Shown here piece by piece: positions 21,157-28,973 of a DNA stretch of 59,755 nucleotides (positions are counted from its first letter, which is position 1; each line of letters opens with the position of its first letter). The position numbers and the translations under genes are program-made. Source of the DNA: a virus (lineage: Duplodnaviria > Caudoviricetes); the IMG/VR virus record IMGVR_UViG_3300042924_007750, positions 1 through 59,755 of that record; one strand, 5' to 3'. The notes beneath the pieces were generated by a model. It saw nothing but the letters and a program-made list of their open reading frames with translations, made no database searches and had not been told where the DNA came from.

Positions 21157-22137
21157 ATGGAACAAAAAAAAGCCCTTATTACAGGAATAAATGGTCAGGA
21201 CGGGTCCTACCTTGCAGAATTTTTATTGACAAAAGGATATCAAGTTCATGGAACATTGAAAAGAAATTCTGTGAGCGAAAATCAAACTGCAAGACTAGAT
21301 AGTATTTTTCATAAAATAACTTTGCATTATGCGGACTTAACCGATTTATCTTCGTTGATTTCTGTTATCCAAAAAATTCAACCTGACGAAATTTACAATT
21401 TAGCCGCACAATCGCATGTTAGAATTTCTTTTGACCAACCAATTTATACTGCTCAAGTTACAGGTTTGGGAACCCTTAATTTATTAGAAGCTGTTAGGCT
21501 GCTTAATCCTAAAATAAAAATTTACCAAGCCTCTTCATCTGAAATGTTTGGTAACTCAATCGATGCTGATGGATTTCAAAGGGAAACTACACCAATGACA
21601 CCAGTATCGCCTTACGGATGTGCTAAGGTTTTTTCATACAACATTTGCAAAAACTACAGAAATTCGTACAACATGTTTATATCAAATGGGATTTTATTTA
21701 ACCATGAATCACCAAGAAGGGGAACTAATTTTGTAACCAACAAAGTTGTCAAAGAAGCTGTAAAAATCAAATACGGGATTTCTTCTGAATTAAGACTTGG
21801 AAATCTAGATGCAACAAGGGACTGGGGTCATGCTAAAGATTATGTGGAGGCTATGTGGCTAATCTTGCAAGAGGAAAATCCTGATGATTTTGTTTGTTCA
21901 ACAGGTATTTCGCATTCTGTAAAAGAATTGTGTGAATACACCTTTTCTAAACTTGGCTTAAATTACCAGGACTGGGTGAAATTGGATGAGAAGTTTCTTA
22001 GACCGGAAGAATTACATGACTTAAAAGGAGATTCATCTAAATTGAAAAAAGTTACCAAGTGGAGTCCCAAGTACACGTTTGAAACAATGATTGATGAAAT
22101 GATAGAATATTGGCTTGAATTCTATAATAAAAAATGA
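21157..22137 (+). CDS. gmd: GDP-mannose 4,6-dehydratase
   Basis: ITGINGQDGSYLAE, NLAAQSHV, YQASSSEMFG, GILFNHESPRRG, RDWGHAKDYV. Confidence 0.96.
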   Translation: MEQKKALITGINGQDGSYLAEFLLTKGYQVHGTLKRNSVSENQTARLDSIFHKITLHYADLTDLSSLISVIQKIQPDEIYNLAAQSHVRISFDQPIYTAQVTGLGTLNLLEAVRLLNPKIKIYQASSSEMFGNSIDADGFQRETTPMTPVSPYGCAKVFSYNICKNYRNSYNMFISNGILFNHESPRRGTNFVTNKVVKEAVKIKYGISSELRLGNLDATRDWGHAKDYVEAMWLILQEENPDDFVCSTGISHSVKELCEYTFSKLGLNYQDWVKLDEKFLRPEELHDLKGDSSKLKKVTKWSPKYTFETMIDEMIEYWLEFYNKK

Positions 22138-22574
22138 TTAAACACTACATTTCACATCGAGGAAACGTCGATGGTAAAATTAAAAACATAGAGAATTCTC
22201 CAGATTATGTCCAAAGAGCTTTGTCTTTGGGTTACGAAGTTGAAATAGATGTTTGGTTCGTTGATGGCTCATTTTATTTGGGCCACGACGAGCCGCTTTA
22301 TTTGGTACAAGAATCTTTTTTAGAAAATGAAAATTTTTGGTGTCATGCAAAGAACGAAGAGGCTTTTAATAAAATGATGGTAAACTCTAACATTCATTGT
22401 TTCTGGCACCAGACAGATGATTATACTTTGACATCAAAAGGTATACCCTGGGTTTTCCCAGGTAAAAAAGTTCATAATAATAGTATTTGGGTTTTACCCG
22501 AAAATACAATTTATAAGAACATCATGATAAATTGTTTGGGTATTTGTTCCGATTATATTTCACAATACAAATGA
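22134..22574 (+). CDS. Short GDPD/PLC-like phosphodiesterase-fold protein
   Basis: ISHRGN...EN...VEIDVW...LGHD...GICSDY. Confidence 0.75.
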   Translation: MIKHYISHRGNVDGKIKNIENSPDYVQRALSLGYEVEIDVWFVDGSFYLGHDEPLYLVQESFLENENFWCHAKNEEAFNKMMVNSNIHCFWHQTDDYTLTSKGIPWVFPGKKVHNNSIWVLPENTIYKNIMINCLGICSDYISQYK

Positions 22575-23935
22575 TTAAGTTAATTATCTTTGATTTGGAT
22601 GGGGTTTTAATTGAAGCAAAACAATTTCATTATGAAGCTTTGAATGATGCCTTGATTAATCATGCACCAAACTGCGTAATTTCTTGGAATGAGCATTTGT
22701 CAAAGTATGATGGACTGAAAACCAAACAAAAATTGGCCATGCTTACCAATGACAAAGGACTTGACATCAAACTCCACAAAACCATTTGGGAAGAAAAACA
22801 AAAGATTACAAATGAAAAATTAAGAACAATAACCCCCAATTCTAATCTAACCACTTTATTAAAAAAACTCTCTGAGGATGGATTCAAAATAGCGTGTTGC
22901 AGCAATTCAATAAGAAAGACTGTTTTAACAGTTCTAGCCAAATTAGAAATCATAGAATATTTTGACCAAATCCTTTCCAACGAAGATGTGAAAAATAGCA
23001 AACCGCATCCGGAAATTTACTGGAAAGTAATTTCAGAGATGGGTGTTATCGCAGAAGAAACATTAATAGTTGAGGATTCACCTTATGGACTTTTAGCCGC
23101 ATCTAGAACTCATGCCCCTATACTGAGAGTTTCATCTCCAAAAGATGTTACCATAGAAAATCTCTATGGAAAATTAAAAGATTTAAATACGAAGTTTAAA
23201 ATGAAGAAACCCAAATGGACCGATGAAAAACTAAACGTTTTGATTCCAATGGCGGGAGCTGGTTCAAGATTTGAAAAAGCTGGTTTTACATTCCCTAAAC
23301 CGCTTATTGATGTTGAGGGGGACCCTATGATTAAATTGGTCACAGAGAACTTGAATCTACGAGCAAACTTTATTTACATAGTTCAAAAATCCCACCGGGA
23401 AAAATATAACCTTGATACATTGCTTAATCTAATATCCCCCAACTGTAAAATCGTTGAGGTTGATGGTCTTACAGAAGGTGCTGCGTGCACAACCTTATTA
23501 GCTAAAGAATTTATTGACAACGACAATCCATTGGTTATGGCAAATTCGGACCAGTATATTGAATGGGACTCCAATGAGTTTATGTATAAGATGATGGAAA
23601 CCAATTGTGATGGGGGGATAGTTACTTTCAAATCTACTCACCCTAAATGGTCTTTTGCTAAGGTTAATGAAAATGGTCTAGTCAGTGAAGTAGCTGAGAA
23701 AAATCCCATTTCTGACATTGCCACAGTCGGAATATACTACTGGAATAGGGGGGCTGATTATGTAAAGTATGCTCAGCAAATGATTGAAAAAAATATAAGG
23801 GTAAATAACGAGTTTTATGTGTGCCCAGTATTCAACGAAGCAATAGGCGATGGAAAAGAAATTAGAACCTTTGAAATCCAAAAAATGATGGGTCTTGGAA
23901 CCCCAGAGGATTTAACAACTTATTTAAGGCGATAA
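22571..23935 (+). CDS. HAD phosphatase fused to sugar-phosphate nucleotidyltransferase
   Basis: N-half FDLDGVL, KPHPEIY, VEDS; C-half IPMAGAGSRF...PKPLI, EGAACT, AEK, GLGTPEDL. Confidence 0.88.
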   Translation: MIKLIIFDLDGVLIEAKQFHYEALNDALINHAPNCVISWNEHLSKYDGLKTKQKLAMLTNDKGLDIKLHKTIWEEKQKITNEKLRTITPNSNLTTLLKKLSEDGFKIACCSNSIRKTVLTVLAKLEIIEYFDQILSNEDVKNSKPHPEIYWKVISEMGVIAEETLIVEDSPYGLLAASRTHAPILRVSSPKDVTIENLYGKLKDLNTKFKMKKPKWTDEKLNVLIPMAGAGSRFEKAGFTFPKPLIDVEGDPMIKLVTENLNLRANFIYIVQKSHREKYNLDTLLNLISPNCKIVEVDGLTEGAACTTLLAKEFIDNDNPLVMANSDQYIEWDSNEFMYKMMETNCDGGIVTFKSTHPKWSFAKVNENGLVSEVAEKNPISDIATVGIYYWNRGADYVKYAQQMIEKNIRVNNEFYVCPVFNEAIGDGKEIRTFEIQKMMGLGTPEDLTTYLRR

Positions 23936-23982
23936 TTGTTTTTTTTCTAAATAAAACACCTATTTTCAAAAAAAAAACATAA

Positions 23983-24369
23983 ATGATATCAATTCCAGTA
24001 AGTGTTGGCGAACTGCTAGACAAACTATCTATTTTGCGTATAAAAACAATAAAAATTCAAAATCCTGAGAAATTAGAAAAAGTAACTCACGAATATAAAT
24101 TATTGCATGAACTATCCCAAAATTATTTGGGAGTAAAAGAATACTTTAATTTATATGACGATTTGATTGCAACTAATTCAAAACTCTGGGAAATTGAAGA
24201 TAAATTAAGAGTTTTAGAAAAGCAAAAAATCTTCAACAAAGAATTTATTGAGTTAGCCCGAAAAGTTTATTATACAAATGATGAACGTTTCGAAATTAAA
24301 AATAAAATTAATCTTCTGTTGGACTCAGAAATTCAAGAACAAAAAAGTTACGAAGATTACAAAAATTAA
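23983..24369 (+). CDS. DUF6165-like protein
   Basis: IPVSVGELLDKLSIL...LWEIED...FIELAR.VY.TNDER...EQKSY; family often found next to glycosyltransferases. Confidence 0.75.
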   Translation: MISIPVSVGELLDKLSILRIKTIKIQNPEKLEKVTHEYKLLHELSQNYLGVKEYFNLYDDLIATNSKLWEIEDKLRVLEKQKIFNKEFIELARKVYYTNDERFEIKNKINLLLDSEIQEQKSYEDYKN

Positions 24370-24372
24370 AAT

Positions 24373-25098
24373 ATGAGAAGAAAACCATCTCCAACACCTT
24401 CCTACCTGGTGCAGGAAAATCCAAGAACTAAAAAAGAAATTATTCAATCTATATTGAAGAAAAAAACTAAGGAAAAGTTCTTGTCTGAAAGTCAAAAAGA
24501 ATATTACAACAAACTTCAGGAAGCTCAAATTACAATATGTTCCGGACCTGCGGGTGTTGGTAAAAGTTATATTGCGATGAAAGCTGCAATTGATTTATTG
24601 GTTGACCCAAGTACTCCTTATGAAAAAATCATTATTGTAAGACCGGCAGTAGAAGCTGAAGAAAAATTGGGTTCTCTTCCAGGCAACGTCGAAGAAAAGT
24701 TAGACCCTTACATTTTCCCAACCTATTATCTGTTGAACAAAATTATTGGTAAGGACGCTAGAGAAAAACTAAAAGAAATGGAAGTTATTGAAGTCTTTGC
24801 TCTTGCATATATGCGAGGAATGAATATTGATAATTCAATTCTGATATTTGAAGAAGCTCAAAACTCTACACCCAACCAAATGAAATTGTTGTTAACAAGA
24901 ATTGGATTCAACTCTAAATTCTTTATATCTGGAGATTTGGAACAAACTGATAGATACAAGGATAAAACCCACTCAGGGCTTTATGATGCGATTAATAGAT
25001 TTAACAACGTAAAACAAATCATGTGTCATGAATTTTCTCAAGGTGACGTTGTACGTAATCCGTTAATTACAAAAATTCTAGAAAAATACGAAGAATGA
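24373..25098 (+). CDS. phoH: PhoH-family ATPase
   Basis: GPAGVGKS, RPAVEA.EKLG.LPG, AYMRG, EAQN, GDLEQ.D, VVRNP. Confidence 0.95.
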   Translation: MRRKPSPTPSYLVQENPRTKKEIIQSILKKKTKEKFLSESQKEYYNKLQEAQITICSGPAGVGKSYIAMKAAIDLLVDPSTPYEKIIIVRPAVEAEEKLGSLPGNVEEKLDPYIFPTYYLLNKIIGKDAREKLKEMEVIEVFALAYMRGMNIDNSILIFEEAQNSTPNQMKLLLTRIGFNSKFFISGDLEQTDRYKDKTHSGLYDAINRFNNVKQIMCHEFSQGDVVRNPLITKILEKYEE

Positions 25099-25673
25099 AA
25101 ATAGCTATTGAAATCAACGGGGTATTGAGAGATACTGTAAAAAAAATCGAACAAGTCTATGAGAAATTCTATATTGAAAATATTCTCAATGAGGTTAGAG
25201 ATTTTGAATATGAAAAAATCTCCGACATCACTTCTTTGAAATTACAAGACCATTTAAAATTCAAAGATAATGATGAGCTCTATGATTTTCTTTACACGGA
25301 ACATTGCATGGAAGTTTTTGGTCATGCTCCATCTACTGAGTATAATAGCTTTATTGATTTGAATGATTTTTATGTCGACCATAGAGATAATCATGAAATT
25401 CTACTGGTTTCTGACGAGATTGGTAAATCCAAACCAGCGACTTTATTTTTCTTGTCTAAGTTTGGATGTCAAATAGAAAAAATAGTTTTTTACAACCAAA
25501 TTACATTAAATTCTGTGTGGAATGAAATAGACCTTTTACTTACAGCTAATCCTGATTTATTATTGAATCATCCACAAGATAAGAAAGTAATAAAATATAA
25601 TACAAATTATAATACAGAAATAACTGACTTACCAAGTATAGAAACCCTAAAAGACCTAAAAAACTTTATTTGA
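25095..25673 (+). CDS. 5'(3')-nucleotidase-like HAD protein with degenerate motif I
   Basis: MKIAIEINGVLRD matches NT5C-type IxIDxDGVLxD but has E/N at the catalytic Asp positions. Confidence 0.6.
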   Translation: MKIAIEINGVLRDTVKKIEQVYEKFYIENILNEVRDFEYEKISDITSLKLQDHLKFKDNDELYDFLYTEHCMEVFGHAPSTEYNSFIDLNDFYVDHRDNHEILLVSDEIGKSKPATLFFLSKFGCQIEKIVFYNQITLNSVWNEIDLLLTANPDLLLNHPQDKKVIKYNTNYNTEITDLPSIETLKDLKNFI

Positions 25674-25952
25674 ATGATACCAATCTGGGATGAAAATTAT
25701 TTTATTGACTTAGACAGAATCGAAGAATTTATCGATTTGACTAATGTTATTAATGATGAAATTAGTGGTAACACTAATGACCACAAAATAAATGTGGTAA
25801 AATATGAAATGGTTAAACTGATGCTAGATGTCATTATGAGTGAACAAGCCGAGCCCGATGAAAAAATCGGAATCGCAAACGCACAGCTTTCAATCCCATT
25901 CCGATTAGCCTTCAATTCTTTATTGAATAAAAAAATTATATCAAGTTATTAA
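25674..25952 (+). CDS. Hypothetical protein
   Basis: ORF in operon. Confidence 0.8.
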   Translation: MIPIWDENYFIDLDRIEEFIDLTNVINDEISGNTNDHKINVVKYEMVKLMLDVIMSEQAEPDEKIGIANAQLSIPFRLAFNSLLNKKIISSY

Positions 25953-25953
25953 T

Positions 25954-27009
25954 ATGGAACAATCACAAATAGAAAAAGTAAAACTTTCCATTCAAAATCT
26001 TAGAAGTAAAAAATCTAAGGTATACTTTTTTGTGCATGACACAAAAGGTAATGCTAAGGCATCAATTAAGTATATTTACGACTTAGCGTTAGCACTTAAA
26101 AACGAAGGTTTCAATGCAATTATTTTGCACGAGAAATCTGATTATACTGGTGTAGGTTCTTGGTTAGGTGAAAACTATATGACCGAATTGACCCACCAAA
26201 CTATCGAAGGTCAGAATCTTGAGATTGCTCCCGAAGATTTCTTGGTAGTACCTGAAATTTTTAGTTTTATGATGGACCAGGTCAAAAACCTTCCATGTGG
26301 AAAGATTGTCTTAACACAATCCTACGCATACATGCTAGAAACACTTCAACCAGGTCAAACTTGGAACCAATTTGGTTTCTTGAAAACAATTACAACCTCT
26401 GAGATACAAAAAGAACAAATTGCAAAAGTTATGCGAGGTCAAAGCTACGACATTCTTGAGCCAGTAATTTCTGATTCGTTTGTAAAAAGAGAGTTACCGC
26501 CACTTCCAATTATCGGGGTTCATACCCGAGAGCAATCGGATACTATCAACTTGATTAAGACTTTTTACTTGAGATTCCCACAATATCGTTGGTTTACTTT
26601 TAGAGATTTGAGAGGACTTTCACAAGAAGAATTTGCAAACGCAATTTCGGAATGTTACGTTTCTGTTTGGATGGATAGAGAAAGTGCATATGGTACTTTC
26701 CCACTTGAATCCATGAAAGTTGGTGTTCCGGTAATTGGACTAACACCTAATTTGATACCAGAGTGGATGAATGAAACAAATGGTATTTGGATTAAAGACC
26801 AACTTTTACTTCCTGAAGTTATTGCAGATTGGACACAAAATTGGTTGGAGGATAATATCTCTCCAGAAATTTATGCTAGTATGGAAGAAACTGTAAGTAA
26901 ACTACCTTCGCAAGAAACATTTAATAATAAAGCCGTTGAGCTCTTTTCTCAGTATCTTGATATGAGAGCACAAGCAATGGAAGAACAAATTTCTAAATTC
27001 GCTGAATAA
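25954..27009 (+). CDS. GT-B glycosyltransferase-like protein
   Basis: VVPE, C-terminal ESAYGTFPLESMKVGVPVIG (E-x7-E motif). Confidence 0.75.
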   Translation: MEQSQIEKVKLSIQNLRSKKSKVYFFVHDTKGNAKASIKYIYDLALALKNEGFNAIILHEKSDYTGVGSWLGENYMTELTHQTIEGQNLEIAPEDFLVVPEIFSFMMDQVKNLPCGKIVLTQSYAYMLETLQPGQTWNQFGFLKTITTSEIQKEQIAKVMRGQSYDILEPVISDSFVKRELPPLPIIGVHTREQSDTINLIKTFYLRFPQYRWFTFRDLRGLSQEEFANAISECYVSVWMDRESAYGTFPLESMKVGVPVIGLTPNLIPEWMNETNGIWIKDQLLLPEVIADWTQNWLEDNISPEIYASMEETVSKLPSQETFNNKAVELFSQYLDMRAQAMEEQISKFAE

Positions 27010-27011
27010 TT

Positions 27012-27818
27012 ATGGAAAATATTTTAGACATTACAATTATCCTCCCAATCAAATCTTCTGTCGTAAGAGATTTCGACGAATATTTTGATAAAGCTGTAAC
27101 ATCAGTTAAAAACCAAAAGGTAAAGATTAAAGAACTTCTGATTGTTACCACTCCTGAGGAAAAACTAAATGCTCATATTGAAGCATACGATTTTGGTGAT
27201 TTGAATTTCAGAAAAATTGTTTGGGATAAAGAACCTAGTTTTTCAGCCCAAGTAAACTTCGGAGTTGAAAATGCAAACTCTAAATGGATTTCTATATTTG
27301 AGTTTGATGATGAATACGCAAATATTTGGTTTGATAACGTAAGAAAATACATGGAATACTATCCAATGGTTCAAGCGTTTCTTCCAGTTGTTGTGGATAC
27401 AGATGAAAAAGGTGCTTTTGCTGGATTTACTAATGAAGCTGTATTTGCTGCAAACTTTGCTCAAGAAGTTGGTTACCTAACAAATGATATTCTTCAAGAC
27501 TATCAAAATTTTCAAACTGCTGGAATGGTAATTCGTAAAGACGTTCTTGAAGATTTTGGTGGTTTCAAAGCTTCCATCAAACTTACCTTTGTATATGAAT
27601 TCTTATTAAGACTCACCTACAATTCAACATCAATTATGACAATCCCAAGAATTGGGTACAAACACACAAACATGAGAGAAGGTTCTCTATTCTGGAACTA
27701 CAAATTTGGTAGTGACAAAATGGTTGATGAAGAAGTTAAGTTTTGGGTTCAAACAGCAAAGAAAGAATATTTCTTCAAAGACGATAGAACCATAAAATAC
27801 CAATCACAAAATGATTAA
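27012..27818 (+). CDS. GT2 glycosyltransferase
   Basis: ITIILPI, VNFGV...WISIFEFDD, GGFK, EFLLRL. Confidence 0.8.
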   Translation: MENILDITIILPIKSSVVRDFDEYFDKAVTSVKNQKVKIKELLIVTTPEEKLNAHIEAYDFGDLNFRKIVWDKEPSFSAQVNFGVENANSKWISIFEFDDEYANIWFDNVRKYMEYYPMVQAFLPVVVDTDEKGAFAGFTNEAVFAANFAQEVGYLTNDILQDYQNFQTAGMVIRKDVLEDFGGFKASIKLTFVYEFLLRLTYNSTSIMTIPRIGYKHTNMREGSLFWNYKFGSDKMVDEEVKFWVQTAKKEYFFKDDRTIKYQSQND

Positions 27819-28564
27819 TGTCAGAAACATTAACGGCAAGTACCGAGGATGTTTCATCAAAAAAAAGGGGTCGTAAAGCAACAACCACTAACTATTTTGA
27901 TGTGCGTGAGGAGGAGGCTGTAAAAGCCTTCCTCATCGCAGAAACATATGAGGAAAAAAACAAAATCTACAACGAGTTTTTGAGAGGACCTTTGGATAAA
28001 ATGATTTCATCAATTATCCGAAGGTACAAGCTATATCGTAAAGATATGGAATTTAGAGAGATTCATGTTGACACGCATTCGTTCTTAATGACCAAAGTTG
28101 ATAAGTTCAAGCCGGCAAAAAACAAAAAAGCTTATTCTTACTTTGGGACTATATGTAAAAATTATTTGATGGGTCAAATAATAAAAGACCAGAAAGATTT
28201 AAATAGAAAAGTTTCTTACGAAGATATTTCTGCCTCTTTGGAACAAAGACCTGACATGATGTATACCATTGACTCAGATGTACTGGAGATGGAAGTTGTT
28301 ATAAAAAAATATCTAGAGGAATTAAAAGATTTTGTAAACACTGAAGCCCTTTCTGAAAATGAAACTAAATTAGGTTATGCCCTGGTTGATTTGTTTGAGA
28401 ATTATGAAACTATTTTTAGTGGTGCAGATAATAACAAATTCAATAAAAATATTATCCTGCTTTCTTTGAGAGAAATGACTAATCTTTCAACTAAAGAAAT
28501 AAGAAACTCGATGAAAAAGTTTAAAAAGTTATATTCAATAGTCCAATTGAAAATGAAATATTAA
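27818..28564 (+). CDS. Putative phage sigma factor (gp55-like, late transcription)
   Basis: KVDKFKPAKNKKAYSYFGTICKNYL resembles sigma region 2.3-2.4; C-terminal LREMTNLSTKEI HTH-like segment. Confidence 0.65.
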   Translation: MSETLTASTEDVSSKKRGRKATTTNYFDVREEEAVKAFLIAETYEEKNKIYNEFLRGPLDKMISSIIRRYKLYRKDMEFREIHVDTHSFLMTKVDKFKPAKNKKAYSYFGTICKNYLMGQIIKDQKDLNRKVSYEDISASLEQRPDMMYTIDSDVLEMEVVIKKYLEELKDFVNTEALSENETKLGYALVDLFENYETIFSGADNNKFNKNIILLSLREMTNLSTKEIRNSMKKFKKLYSIVQLKMKY

Positions 28565-28591
28565 CTTTTTTATCGATAATTTAATTATAGG

Positions 28592-28598
28592 TATTTAT
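28592..28598 (+). promoter_or_regulatory. TATTTAT motif (putative late promoter)
   Basis: Intergenic, 4 nt before ATG 28603. Confidence 0.65.
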
Positions 28599-28602
28599 AG
28601 AT

Positions 28603-28968
28603 ATGCCACGTCCACAACGCAAAGAAATCAATTTTAGCAAAGATTCAATTTTATCTTTGATGCAAGAAATCTACAATGAACTTGTAGAACAGAGAAATAC
28701 TGCAATCCGTATTCAAAATAAAATGATATCAATGATGAAGGATGCTGATGACATGAAAGAAATAGGTCCGGTAATTGAAAAGCAACAAAAAATCGTCAAT
28801 GATTGTGTTGAAAAAAAATTAAGTTTATCAAGACTTCAAAGCTCTATTTGGGAAAAGACGACAAACAATCAAGAGAGTTTTTCTTTATCCGATATGGATG
28901 AGGATGTATTGGAAAAATTATTAGACAGAGATTCTGAAGTTGAGGACAATTCAAATTACAGAATGTAA
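28603..28968 (+). CDS. Hypothetical coiled-coil protein
   Basis: ORF following the TATTTAT motif. Confidence 0.8.
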   Translation: MPRPQRKEINFSKDSILSLMQEIYNELVEQRNTAIRIQNKMISMMKDADDMKEIGPVIEKQQKIVNDCVEKKLSLSRLQSSIWEKTTNNQESFSLSDMDEDVLEKLLDRDSEVEDNSNYRM

Positions 28969-28973
28969 GTCAT

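Noticed and set aside
7672-27818. Bacterial O-antigen/capsule locus or chimeric host DNA
   Set aside because: No wzx/wzy/ABC or initiating transferase; the genes are translationally coupled to phage-type dut, phoH and sigma-like genes.
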